From positions 3,180,001 through 3,212,000 of the forward strand of contig NZ_CP011034.1 of NCBI RefSeq assembly GCF_001465295.1: DNA of 32,000 nucleotides, written 5' to 3'. The notes beneath the pieces were generated by a model. That model saw only the letters and a list, made by a program, of their open reading frames with translations. It did not search any database and was not told the origin of the DNA. Of this stretch, positions 18,886-28,352 are shown piece by piece. The DNA is from Pseudoalteromonas translucida KMM 520 (GTDB taxonomy: Bacteria > Pseudomonadota > Gammaproteobacteria > Enterobacterales > Alteromonadaceae). Both the position numbers and the translations under genes were made by a program. Each line of letters opens with the position of its first letter. Within the stretch, counting starts at the first letter, position 1.

Positions 18886-20766
18886 TTAATCCTCAAAATA
18901 GGTATAGCCTTCTAGTCCCGCATTAAGCTCTGCTAAATAGCCTGCTTTACATGGCTCAGACACATCGAGCTTATTAATTTGCTCAGCAAAGTTGTCGGCT
19001 AAAATGGCGCTATCATAGTCAACACACTTTAATACATCCTTAACGCTGTCACCTTTAATGGCGTTAGTAAGTACATAACCGTCATCGTTAAGCTCCACAT
19101 GCACTGAGTCGGTGTCGCCAAATAGGTTATGTAAGTCACCTAAAATTTCTTGATAAGCGCCAACCATAAACATTGCAATATGATACTGCTGCCCTTGTAT
19201 ATATTCAGGTATAGGTAAGCTTGTTTCTATACCTGCACCTTCTACATATTCGCGAATTTGCCCATCAGAATCACACGTTATATCTTGAATAATAGCGCGC
19301 TGAGTAAGCGGTTGAGTGAGGTTTTCAATAGGCATTACTGGGAATAGTTGACCAATTCCCCATATATCTGGCAGCGATTGAAATAGTGAAAAGTTAACAA
19401 ATAATTTATCGGCTAGCTTTTCGTTTAAATCATCGAGTACTTCGCGATGCGCACGCACATTATTGCTCAAAGATGAGCGCACCCGATGTAAAATAGTAAA
19501 GTAAAGTTGCTCTATTTTCGCCCACTCTAGCATGCTCACTAAACCGTGTACGTACTGATCGTGTGCTTCGCTAAATAAGTGCATTGCATCGTGGTAAATT
19601 TCCAGCGCCATACGCGGGCTTAAACGCTGTAAACATTGCCACATTTCATCTAATACTAGTGTACTGTTTTGCGCAGGCGCCTCTGGGCTCAAGTGGTTAG
19701 GTGCTTTTTCAACGTCAATTACATCGGTAATTAATACCGCGTGGTGCGCGGTTAACGCACGCCCTGATTCAGTAATAATGGCCGGATGAGTTAATTGATG
19801 TTGGTCGCACACTTCAGAAAACGCATTTACTACGTTACGGGCATATTCTGCAACGGTATAGTTCATTGAACACGCACTACGTGAACCCGAACCTTCGTAA
19901 TCAACTCCTAACCCACCGCCTACATCAACGGTATTAAGTGGTACACCTAACTGAGTAAGCTCAGCAAAGTGGCGCGCACATTCACGCAAAGCACGGTGAA
20001 TATCGCGAATATTGGCAATTTGAGAGCCAATATGAAAATGCACCATTTGCATTAAGTGCAATTTATTATGCTTTCTTAGCACTTCAACAGCACTAAGCAC
20101 TTGCCCTGCTGTTAAACCAAACTTACCTTTTTCGCCACCGGTGTTTTGCCATTTACCTTTGCCCACTGAGTTTAGGCGAATACGAATACCAATAGCCGGT
20201 TCAATGCCTAAATTATCAATTTCTTCCAGTAAAGTGGTTAGCTCCGAGAGCTTTTCTACCACTATTTTAACTTTGTGACCCATAGCCTGACCTATACAGG
20301 CTAAGCGTAAAAACTCACTGTCTTTATAGCCATTACACACAATAGTAATGGGCTCTTTTGCCACCCCTAAAATAGCCATTAGCTCTGGTTTAGAGCCAGC
20401 TTCAAGGCCAACCAGCCCGCTAGGGTGAGCTAAAAGTTTACTCACTACAGAGCGCTGTTGATTTACTTTGATTGGGTAAACGCAGGTATATTCGCCCTGA
20501 TATTCACGATTTGCTCGTGCTTGAGTAAAGGCATTGGTAAGTGTATCTACCCTATTTTGTAAAATATCAGTAAAGCGCACCAATACTGGTAAGGTTAAAC
20601 CCTGTTGTTTAAATTGTTCGGTTAATTGCGTTAAAGAAATTGCGGTTTTTGCTTGGTCGCCATCTGGGTAGGCCACCAACTCGCCTTGTGCGTTAATATC
20701 AAAATAGCCTTCACTCCAATGTGCAACATTATAAGTGGCACGTGCTGTTTCTAAACCCCAAGTCAT
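18886..20766 (-). CDS. speA: Biosynthetic arginine decarboxylase
   Basis: 626 aa with the PLP-lysine motif YPIKVNQQ, HFHIGSQ and DVGGGLGVDY. Full-length resemblance to SpeA. Confidence 0.95.
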   Translation of the reverse strand: MTWGLETARATYNVAHWSEGYFDINAQGELVAYPDGDQAKTAISLTQLTEQFKQQGLTLPVLVRFTDILQNRVDTLTNAFTQARANREYQGEYTCVYPIKVNQQRSVVSKLLAHPSGLVGLEAGSKPELMAILGVAKEPITIVCNGYKDSEFLRLACIGQAMGHKVKIVVEKLSELTTLLEEIDNLGIEPAIGIRIRLNSVGKGKWQNTGGEKGKFGLTAGQVLSAVEVLRKHNKLHLMQMVHFHIGSQIANIRDIHRALRECARHFAELTQLGVPLNTVDVGGGLGVDYEGSGSRSACSMNYTVAEYARNVVNAFSEVCDQHQLTHPAIITESGRALTAHHAVLITDVIDVEKAPNHLSPEAPAQNSTLVLDEMWQCLQRLSPRMALEIYHDAMHLFSEAHDQYVHGLVSMLEWAKIEQLYFTILHRVRSSLSNNVRAHREVLDDLNEKLADKLFVNFSLFQSLPDIWGIGQLFPVMPIENLTQPLTQRAIIQDITCDSDGQIREYVEGAGIETSLPIPEYIQGQQYHIAMFMVGAYQEILGDLHNLFGDTDSVHVELNDDGYVLTNAIKGDSVKDVLKCVDYDSAILADNFAEQINKLDVSEPCKAGYLAELNAGLEGYTYFED

Positions 20767-20966
20767 GGCAACTCTTCTTTAATCAATTAAATACAATGAC
20801 GCATTTTAATACGTCGCTATCCTCTAGGCTAACAAAAATTGAACTTTCCCTCATTCCTAACTAACTTTATTGGTTAAATCAGTTAAAATGTCATTGAGCA
20901 AAACGTCAAGCACTGGCAAAATTGCCCCCTTTTTCATCCTCAACTTAAAAAAGTGTAATAGTAACT

Positions 20967-21830
20967 ATGGCAAATTTAGATCAAAGTAAGTGGTTTACTG
21001 AAATTAGCGACCGCGATGGCAGCGCATTTTCATTACGTATTAACAAAAAGTTAGATGAAAAACAGTCTCCTTTTCAAAAAGTAGAAATGTTCGAAACCAC
21101 CGACTTTGGTAATTTAATGATCATCGACGGTTGCACTATGGTAAGTAGCCGCGAAAACTTTTTTTATCATGAGATGATCAGCCACCCTGCACTTTTAGCG
21201 CACCCAGCACCTAAAAATGTAGTTATTATTGGCGGCGGCGACTGTGGTACCTTGCGCGAAGTGTTAAAACACCCTGGCGTAGAGAGCGTTACGCAAATAG
21301 ATATAGACGAAGTAGTAACGCAAATGTCGTTAAAATACTTCCCAGAGCTATGTGAATCTAACAACGATCCTCGTGCAACGGTTATGTTTGACGACGGCAT
21401 TAAATACATGCGCGAAGCCGCAAGCGAATCAATCGATGTTGTTATTGTTGATGGCACCGACCCAGTAGGCCCAGGTGAAGGCTTATTTAATCATGCATTT
21501 TACACTAGCTGCTTAAACGCACTTCGCCCTGGAGGTATTTTAGTACAACAAAGCGAATCACCGCTTATGCATATGCCGTTATTAGTTGAAATGCGCGACG
21601 CTATGCTAACGGTAGGTTTTAACGACTTACAAACACTGCCATTCCCGCAACCTATATACCCAAGTGGTTTATGGTCAGTAACTTTAGCGCGTAAATCTGC
21701 AGCCTTTAATGGTTTTAGAGAAGATGCAGCAGCCGATATTGCAAAGAACAGCGAATACTACAACAACGGCATTCATCACGGTGCATTAGCTACGCCAAAC
21801 TTTATGCAACGCGCTTTTGATAAAAAATAA
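20967..21830 (+). CDS. speE: Polyamine aminopropyltransferase (spermidine synthase)
   Basis: 287 aa with the FQKVEMFET gatekeeper region, VVIIGGGDCGTLREVLKH, DVVIVDGTDPVGPGEGLF and QSESP. Confidence 0.93.
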   Translation: MANLDQSKWFTEISDRDGSAFSLRINKKLDEKQSPFQKVEMFETTDFGNLMIIDGCTMVSSRENFFYHEMISHPALLAHPAPKNVVIIGGGDCGTLREVLKHPGVESVTQIDIDEVVTQMSLKYFPELCESNNDPRATVMFDDGIKYMREAASESIDVVIVDGTDPVGPGEGLFNHAFYTSCLNALRPGGILVQQSESPLMHMPLLVEMRDAMLTVGFNDLQTLPFPQPIYPSGLWSVTLARKSAAFNGFREDAAADIAKNSEYYNNGIHHGALATPNFMQRAFDKK

Positions 21831-21859
21831 CCTCGCAATCTAAGCAATACTAAATTAAG

Positions 21860-21871
21860 GGCTCAACAGAG
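21860..21871. repeat. Left copy of the 12-bp target-site duplication GGCTCAACAGAG
   Basis: Identical 12-mer at 23270-23281, immediately outside the IS inverted repeats. IS4 is known to make 11-13-bp duplications. Confidence 0.9.
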
Positions 21872-21878
21872 TAATGCC

Positions 21879-21921
21879 GATCAGTTAAGGTTAATTGATC
21901 GGTTGACCGATCTAAATGATC
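21879..21921. promoter_or_regulatory. Cluster of four GATC (Dam) sites in the IS left end
   Basis: GATC at 21879, 21897, 21909 and 21918, arranged as small inverted repeats (CCGATCA...TGATCGG; CGATC-taaat-GATCG). Confidence 0.45.
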
Positions 21922-21927
21922 GTGAAT

Positions 21928-21962
21928 AATCCGTAATTAGTTTCGCTAATTACGGATTTTTT
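21928..21962 (+). terminator. Terminator-like hairpin abutting the transposase ATG
   Basis: AATCCGTAATTAG-tttcg-CTAATTACGGATT (13-bp perfect stem). A run of six T spans the stem end and the 4 nt before the ATG at 21963. No SD is visible. Confidence 0.6.
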
Positions 21963-23260
21963 ATGGATATTCAAACAGCTCTTTCGACCACTTTCTCATC
22001 TGCCGAGGAATTTACAGCGCTTGATAACTTATCTGGCATATTAGATCCCGAATTACTTAACCAAGCTTTTGAAAAATCGGGGGTCGCCACCGTTCGTAAA
22101 CGTCGTTTACCACTCGACGCTGTCGTTTGGTCTGTGATTGGTATGAGTTTATTTCGTCATGAATCTGTTTGGGATATAGCCTCTAAAATGGACATCGCCT
22201 TACCAGGTAAAGGGAAACTAGTTGCCCCTAGTGCCATGGTTCAAGCGAGACAACGCTTAGGTGAAGGTGCTGTCGAGCAGGTCTTCAAGATGATGGCGTC
22301 ACGGCATTATAATCATGCCCACTTTGATACATTTTGTGGCTTAAATCTATTAGCTGTTGATGGGGTTGTCTTTCGTACACATGATACGCCAGAGAATAAA
22401 GACGTATTTGGATGTGGCTCAACCCAGTATGGTGAAAATACCTATCCGCAAATTCGGATGGTATGCCACATGGAGCTAACGAGTCATCAACTCATTAATT
22501 GTGCTTTTAACGGGCAGCATCAAGGGGAGATGACACTCGCTGAAGAACTCATTGAAGGCACACCGGATAACTCATTAACCTTATTTGATCGCGGTTATTA
22601 TTCATTAGGGCTTTTGCATCGTTGGCATCAAGCAGGGACTGAAAGACACTGGATGATACCATAAAGAAAATGAGTAAAAATGACCAGTTAGTGCGTCTTA
22701 AAACATCGCCACAAGCGCGAAAAAAGTTTACTGACTTGCCAGAGTTTATAGAAGCTCGGCTGCTTACCTACACGCATAATAATAAGCAGTATCAGATTCT
22801 TACATCAATGCTTGATGTAATGCGTTACCCATCAAAAGAAATAGCTGATTTGTACATGCATCGCTGGGAAATAGAAATAGGATATCGAGAAATAAAACAA
22901 ACGATGCTGCACTCAAACTATATCCTACGCTCAAAAAGGCCGGATATGATAAGGCAAGAATTGTGGGGGTTACTAATTGCCTACAATATTATAAGAATAG
23001 CCATGCGTGAGGCGGCAGAGTTACTGGAAGTATGGCCAAATCAACTGAGTTTTTCTCATTGTTCAAGGCATATCAACGTATTTCTGTTAACTATCCCACT
23101 GACAAGTCCGGGAAATTTACCAAAACACTATGAGCATTTATTAGAAACGCTGACGCTATTTCAGTTACCGACAAGGCGTCATGAGCGCAGCTTTCCACGA
23201 TGTGTGAAAAAGAAACCATCTAAATATCCGTATAAAAAAAAGCCAGTCAGTGTTAACTGA
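21963..23260 (+). pseudogene. IS4 transposase (DDE, YREK signature) split into two frames at about 22661
   Basis: ORF A (21963-22664) carries both D residues (LLAVDG, LFDRGYY). ORF B (frame -1, open from 22643, first ATG 22670) carries Y-x2-R-x3-E-x6-K (YMHRWEIEIGYREIK). HWMIP is followed by a stop. About 9 residues present in E. coli IS4 between HWMIP and IRKLGKGDH are absent. Confidence 0.85.
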
Positions 23261-23269
23261 CTGGCATTA

Positions 23270-23281
23270 GGCTCAACAGAG
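23270..23281. repeat. Right copy of the 12-bp target-site duplication GGCTCAACAGAG
   Basis: See the left copy at 21860-21871. It is followed by CCCTTTTTT, the 3' half of the original speE terminator. Confidence 0.9.
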
Positions 23282-23419
23282 CCCTTTTTTATTGCTTAGC
23301 GTACAAGCAACCTCATTGCTCACTTTTTATCACCCTGAATACGTATGCAACCTGTCGTATTCGCCACCCTCTCGCTTTATGCTTGATAGCCAAACACGTC
23401 GCTAACCCAAGGAACTATT

Positions 23420-25462
23420 ATGCGCACATTGGCACTGCTACTCATGGCTTTTTCAAGTATTACGGTTGCTCAAACAGCTACTGTACAATCGCCTGACGGT
23501 AATATAAAAATAATCATCTCAGACGAGCAGAGTACACCAAGTTATTCTATTAATTTTAAAAATAAAACCGTCATTAATAATTCTGCTCTCGGGTTTGAAT
23601 TTAAACAACATGCACCGTTTAGTAACAGCTTTAAAATAACCAAAGTTCAACAACAAAGTACCAACACTCAGTGGCAACAACCTTGGGGCGAGCGACAAAC
23701 GGTTGTAGATCAGCATAACGAGGTAACTGTAACCTTTGCTAAGCCACAACCTCAAGGTGGCACTTATAGCGTGCGTTTTAAAGCGTTTGATAGTGGCGTG
23801 GGTTTTAGATACGAAGTACCAAAACAAGCAGGCCTTAACAATATTGAAATAACCAAAGAGCTTACCGAGTTTGCTGTTAATAACAGCCACACAGCTACAG
23901 CTTGGTGGATCCCTGCCCGCGGCTGGAATCGCTATGAATATGTATATAATACCACCCCATTAAACGATGCCGCATTGGTACACACGCCGTTTACCTTTAA
24001 AAACCAAGATGGTGTGCATATTAGTATTCATGAAGCCGCCCTAGTTGATTACGCCGCCATGGTACTTAATCAACGCCGCCCTGGAGTTTTTCAAGCCGAT
24101 TTAACGCCATGGTCGAGCGGTGTTGCAGTTAAAAAACAGGGCGCGTTTAATACTCCATGGCGCACTATTCAAATTGGCGAAAAAGCCGTTGATTTAGTTA
24201 ACTCAGATATTATTTTAAATCTAAATGAGCCAAATAAACTCGGTGACGTGTCGTGGGTAAAACCTGGTAAATACATAGGTATTTGGTGGGGTATGCATAT
24301 AAATACACACACTTGGGGCAGCGGCGACAAGCACGGGGCTACCACACAAAATACCAAATACTACATGGACTTTGCCGCCAAATATGGTTTTGATGGCGTA
24401 TTAGTTGAAGGCTGGAACACAGGCTGGGATGGCGACTGGTTTTTTAATGGTGATGTGTTTAGCTTTACTCAGCCCTACGATGATTTTGATATAGCAGCGC
24501 TAACAAAATATTCTAAGCAAACAGGCGTGCAACTCATTGGCCATCACGAAACATCCGGCAACGTCAGTAACTATCGCAAGCAAATGGCAGATGCCTTTGC
24601 ATTGTATGAAAAATCTAACGTTAGCCAAGTTAAAACCGGTTACGTAGCCGATGGCGGAAACATTAAGCGCATTGACGAAAACGGTATAGCTCGCCATGAA
24701 TGGCACGACAGCCAATTTATGGTTAACGAGTACTTACATAACGTTAAGCTAGCCGCTAAACATAAAATAAGTATTAACACCCACGAGCCGATTAAAGATA
24801 CCGGACTGCGCCGTACTTATCCAAACTGGATCACTCGAGAAGGCGCTCGTGGACAAGAGTTTAACGCGTGGGGCACACCTCCTAATCCACCCGAACACAT
24901 TGCTATGCTGGCATTTACCCGTATGCTTGCTGGGCCTATGGATTTTACTCCTGGTATTTTTGATTTAAGTTTTAACGGTTTAGGCGCTAATACTAATCGC
25001 CCGCAAACTACGCAGGCTAAACAACTGGCATTGTATGTTGTATTGTATAGCCCGATCCAAATGGCGGCCGATCTACCTAAAAATTATTTAGCTAAACCCG
25101 ATGCATTTCAATTTATTCAAGACGTACCGACCGACTGGCAACAAAGCATTGCCCTTGATGGTGCAGTAGGCGACTTTATTGTATTTGCACGAAAAGAGCG
25201 AAAGCGCGACAAATACACCGGCAACGACTGGTATTTAGGCGCAGTGACTGACGAGCAAGCGCGTACTATTGAAATTAGTTTAGACTTTTTAGATAACGGC
25301 AAACAGTTTGAGGCACACATTTATAAAGATGGTAAAAATGCCGAGTGGAAAAATAATCCGTACGATTTAACTATCGAAAAACGCCTTGTTACTGCAAGCG
25401 ATAAACTAACACTTAAGCTGGCCACCAGTGGCGGTACCGCTATTCGTTTTAAAGCACTTTAA
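23420..25462 (+). CDS. Secreted glycoside hydrolase family 97 (alpha-glucosidase / alpha-galactosidase type)
   Basis: 680 aa with signal peptide MRTLALLLMAFSSITVAQ. The three-domain GH97 pattern is recognisable (WWIPARGWNRYEYVY, GIWWGMH, VLVEGWNTGWDG, LIGHHETSG, VKTGYV, INTHEPIKDTGLRRTYPN, REGARGQEFNAW, FTRMLAGPMDFTPG). Confidence 0.88.
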   Translation: MRTLALLLMAFSSITVAQTATVQSPDGNIKIIISDEQSTPSYSINFKNKTVINNSALGFEFKQHAPFSNSFKITKVQQQSTNTQWQQPWGERQTVVDQHNEVTVTFAKPQPQGGTYSVRFKAFDSGVGFRYEVPKQAGLNNIEITKELTEFAVNNSHTATAWWIPARGWNRYEYVYNTTPLNDAALVHTPFTFKNQDGVHISIHEAALVDYAAMVLNQRRPGVFQADLTPWSSGVAVKKQGAFNTPWRTIQIGEKAVDLVNSDIILNLNEPNKLGDVSWVKPGKYIGIWWGMHINTHTWGSGDKHGATTQNTKYYMDFAAKYGFDGVLVEGWNTGWDGDWFFNGDVFSFTQPYDDFDIAALTKYSKQTGVQLIGHHETSGNVSNYRKQMADAFALYEKSNVSQVKTGYVADGGNIKRIDENGIARHEWHDSQFMVNEYLHNVKLAAKHKISINTHEPIKDTGLRRTYPNWITREGARGQEFNAWGTPPNPPEHIAMLAFTRMLAGPMDFTPGIFDLSFNGLGANTNRPQTTQAKQLALYVVLYSPIQMAADLPKNYLAKPDAFQFIQDVPTDWQQSIALDGAVGDFIVFARKERKRDKYTGNDWYLGAVTDEQARTIEISLDFLDNGKQFEAHIYKDGKNAEWKNNPYDLTIEKRLVTASDKLTLKLATSGGTAIRFKAL

Positions 25463-25501
25463 TCGCTTACTGCGTATTTATAATTTTAGTCAGCACAACT
25501 T

Positions 25502-25536
25502 AATACCAACCCGCTGCAGTAAAGTGGGTTGGTATT
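25502..25536. terminator. 11-bp stem hairpin between convergent GH97 and envZ, overlapping the envZ stop
   Basis: AATACCAACCC-13 nt-GGGTTGGTATT. There is no clear U-tract on either strand. Confidence 0.4.
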
Positions 25537-26836
25537 ATACTTTAATTGGTAAGTAAATTTGTGCACTTAACCCGCCCTCAGGCCGATTAGATAATTTAAC
25601 TTTACCGTCATGCATATCTATAATGCGTTTAATAATAGCCAGCCCTAAACCGCTACCCTCGCTACCACGTGCTGTATCACCTTGCTTAAACGGCTCAAAT
25701 ACCGACTCCAGTTCGCCCTCAGGTATACCCGGGCCACTATCGTTTACCGCAATAACAACATACTTTTTGTTGCTATTAAAATAGCAGAGCACTTCAATAT
25801 CACCTTCGGAGTAACGCAGCGCATTTTCAATCATATTGGTTATTACACGCTTAATTGCCACTGCACTAATAGGTATATTGCCAATACTAGGATTACCTTT
25901 AAAGGTAATTACTCGCTGGTGCTTAAGCTCAGTGTGCACTACCTCTGCTACTAACGCGTTAATGTCCTCACAGCTTAGCTCTTCACGTTTGTGATGGCGT
26001 AAATATTCAATGAACTGATCGATAATGCCGTTCATATCTTCAATATCGTAAATAATGCCTTCACGCAAATAATCATCTTCATCTGCCATCATCTCGGTGG
26101 CTAAACGAATGCGGGTTAGTGGAGTGCGTAAATCATGAGACACCCCTGCCATTAGCAGCCGCCGATCGTTTTCAAGTGCAGCAATACCCCGCGACATTTG
26201 ATTAAATGCCCGTGTTACAGCAATAACCTCACTCGATCCTTGTTCGGCTAACTTAGTACTAAAATCGCCCTTACCCACCTTTACTGCCGCTTGTTGCAGT
26301 GCTTTTAGTGGCCTATTTAAGTGCCTAGCAAATAACCAACCACCTAATACACTTAAAAAACCAATACTTGATAAGTAAAAGGTTAAAAACTCGAGGTTAT
26401 TTTCTTTAAACCCACTAAGCGGCACTTTTACCCAATAACCTAATGCTTGCGGAGCTTCTACCCAGTATATGAGTGGATCGGTTTGGCTAATACGCACCCT
26501 TGCTGAGCCATTTAGCTGCTCAGACATACTACGCGATAATACCGAATATTCGCGACTTTGCCCTAAACCACTGTGCATTGCTTCACGCTGAGTCATTACT
26601 TCAATACCGGTAATTTCAAAAAACTTATCCGATACTTCATTGGTTATTTCAACACCATCTTCCCAGTCAATAAATACGGTTTTAATTTGCTTAGCCAGCA
26701 TTAAATTAACTTGTTCAATGGTAGGTTTTACTACGTATAAGCTCACTGTTACGTAAGATACTATTTGATTTATTAACAGCAAAGCCGCCACTAAAAAAAC
26801 GGTTTGCCCAAATGCGCTACGCGGAAATAGTCCCAT
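25535..26836 (-). CDS. envZ: Osmolarity sensor histidine kinase EnvZ
   Basis: 433 aa with two TMs, a HAMP domain ([19 protein letters not shown]), the H-box [22 protein letters not shown] (nearly identical to E. coli EnvZ), and N, G1 and G2 boxes ([19 protein letters not shown]). It lies immediately downstream of ompR. Confidence 0.95.
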   Translation of the reverse strand: MGLFPRSAFGQTVFLVAALLLINQIVSYVTVSLYVVKPTIEQVNLMLAKQIKTVFIDWEDGVEITNEVSDKFFEITGIEVMTQREAMHSGLGQSREYSVLSRSMSEQLNGSARVRISQTDPLIYWVEAPQALGYWVKVPLSGFKENNLEFLTFYLSSIGFLSVLGGWLFARHLNRPLKALQQAAVKVGKGDFSTKLAEQGSSEVIAVTRAFNQMSRGIAALENDRRLLMAGVSHDLRTPLTRIRLATEMMADEDDYLREGIIYDIEDMNGIIDQFIEYLRHHKREELSCEDINALVAEVVHTELKHQRVITFKGNPSIGNIPISAVAIKRVITNMIENALRYSEGDIEVLCYFNSNKKYVVIAVNDSGPGIPEGELESVFEPFKQGDTARGSEGSGLGLAIIKRIIDMHDGKVKLSNRPEGGLSAQIYLPIKV

Positions 26837-26841
26837 ATAAA

Positions 26842-27561
26842 TTACTTTTCACCATCGGGAACAAATACATACCCTAAGCCCCAAACGGTTTGAATATAAC
26901 GTGGGCTGGCGGCATCTACCTCAATCATGCGGCGAAGTCGCGACACTTGCACATCAATACTGCGCTCCAGTGCGCTGTAATCTCGCCCACGCGCTAGGTT
27001 CATCAATTTATCACGGCTCAGCGGCTCACGCGGATGCAAGACCAGCGCTTTGAGCACTGCAAATTCGCCACTGGTTAAGGAAATTGTTTTATCGCCTTCA
27101 CTCATTTCGCGAGTGGCTAAATTAAGCGAAAATCGCCCAAATTCAATTAAGTTTTCTTCTGCAGCAGGTGCGCCCGGCACTTCTTTGGCGCGGCGTCGTA
27201 AAATAGCTTTTATTCGCGCTAGCAGCTCTCGTGGATTAAATGGTTTTGGAATATAGTCGTCAGCACCAAGCTCAAGACCAATAATACGGTCAACCTCATC
27301 ACCTTTAGCGGTAAGCATAACAATTGGAATGTCGTTTTCTTTTTGGCGTAAACGACGACAAATAGACAAACCATCTTCACCCGGCAGCATTAAATCGAGC
27401 ACCATTAAATGAAAGTTTTCACGCTCGATAAGCCGATCCATTTGCTCTGAATTACCCGCTGTTCTTACAATAAAGCCTTGCTCTACTAAATAGCGCTCCA
27501 GTAAGCTGCGTAAACGCATATCATCATCTACAACCAATACTTTTGTCGTTTCGTGTCCCAT
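26842..27561 (-). CDS. ompR: Response regulator OmpR
   Basis: 239 aa with a receiver domain (phospho-acceptor [13 protein letters not shown]) and a winged-helix C-terminal domain ([13 protein letters not shown]). High similarity to E. coli OmpR throughout. Confidence 0.97.
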   Translation of the reverse strand: MGHETTKVLVVDDDMRLRSLLERYLVEQGFIVRTAGNSEQMDRLIERENFHLMVLDLMLPGEDGLSICRRLRQKENDIPIVMLTAKGDEVDRIIGLELGADDYIPKPFNPRELLARIKAILRRRAKEVPGAPAAEENLIEFGRFSLNLATREMSEGDKTISLTSGEFAVLKALVLHPREPLSRDKLMNLARGRDYSALERSIDVQVSRLRRMIEVDAASPRYIQTVWGLGYVFVPDGEK

Positions 27562-27730
27562 TGTGTTTCTTATTTTTATAATCTATTACCCATTAATATA
27601 AATGAAAAACCCTATAAGCAACAATTTATTAGCCGCTTAGATTGTTACTGAACATTTCAAACTCATTTGTGCGCGTGTTTTATTAATAATACACTCGACA
27701 AGTTTGCGTTATTTTAATACCTTGCCCAGT

Positions 27731-28234
27731 ATGAGTATTAAAAAAGAACATGGCGTGAAAACAAACTTAATTACCCGCGAAGGCTATTTACAATTACAAC
27801 AAGAACATACCTATTTATGGAATGTAAAACGCCCTGAAATCACCAAAATAGTGAGCTGGGCGGCCAGCCTAGGAGATAGATCTGAAAATGCAGATTATCA
27901 ATATAACAAGCGGCTTCTACGTCAAATAGACCGCCGTGTGCGCTACTTACGCAAGCGCATACCCGACTTAAAAATCATTGATTATTCGCCAGTGCAAGAT
28001 GGCAAAGTATTTTTTGGTGCTTGGGTTGAAATTGAAAATGAGCAAGGCGAGATTAAAAAGTTTAAAATTGTTGGTCCCGATGAAATTTATGAGCGTAAAG
28101 ATTATATTTCTATTGATTCGCCAATGGCGCGGGCATTGTTAAAAAAACAAGTGGATGACGAGTTTGACGTTATTACCCCTCAAGGCAAAAAACAGTGGTA
28201 CGTAAACAGCATTAATTATCAAAAAAATAGTTAA
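27731..28234 (+). CDS. greB: Transcript cleavage factor GreB
   Basis: LITREGY...WAASLGDRSENADYQYNKRLLRQIDRRVRYL...ISIDSPMARALLKK closely matches E. coli GreB. The start is ambiguous. The track start 27704 is a TTG. ATG 27731 is given here. GTG 27755 (VKTNLITREGY) aligns exactly with E. coli MKTPLVTREGY. Confidence 0.93.
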   Translation: MSIKKEHGVKTNLITREGYLQLQQEHTYLWNVKRPEITKIVSWAASLGDRSENADYQYNKRLLRQIDRRVRYLRKRIPDLKIIDYSPVQDGKVFFGAWVEIENEQGEIKKFKIVGPDEIYERKDYISIDSPMARALLKKQVDDEFDVITPQGKKQWYVNSINYQKNS

Positions 28235-28352
28235 GTTGCTTTGATTCAGATCATATTAACTTTTTATTGTGTAAATTAATGCAATGAGCTATAACTGAAT
28301 TAACTCAAGTTATACAATTTTAATTTGAGACTCGTTAATTAAGGTCGTATTT

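Larger units (their letters stand above)
21872..23269 (+). mobile_element. IS4-family insertion sequence (IS4-proper-like), 1398 bp, with a disrupted transposase
   Basis: Terminal inverted repeats TAATGCCGATCAGTTAAG (21872-21889) and the reverse complement of 23252-23269, TAATGCCAGTCAGTTAAC (15/18 match). 12-bp direct repeats flank it. The encoded protein is closely similar to E. coli IS4 InsG as I recall it ([38 protein letters not shown]). The transposase stop lies inside the right IR. Confidence 0.93.

Noticed and set aside
21232-21249. SpeE motif GGGDCG in place of the usual GGGDGG/GGGDGA, considered as a sign of altered function.
   Set aside because: This position is variable among bona fide spermidine synthases (E. 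coli has A there). One substitution is not evidence for a new activity.
22640-22672. Programmed -1 ribosomal frameshift joining the two IS4 transposase ORFs. The downstream frame is indeed -1 relative to the upstream one.
   Set aside because: The 19-nt overlap (GAA AGA CAC TGG ATG ATA CCA) has no X-XXY-YYZ slippery heptamer. The IS4 family is not known to use frameshifting. Residues present in intact IS4 transposase are missing at the junction, which points to a deletion.
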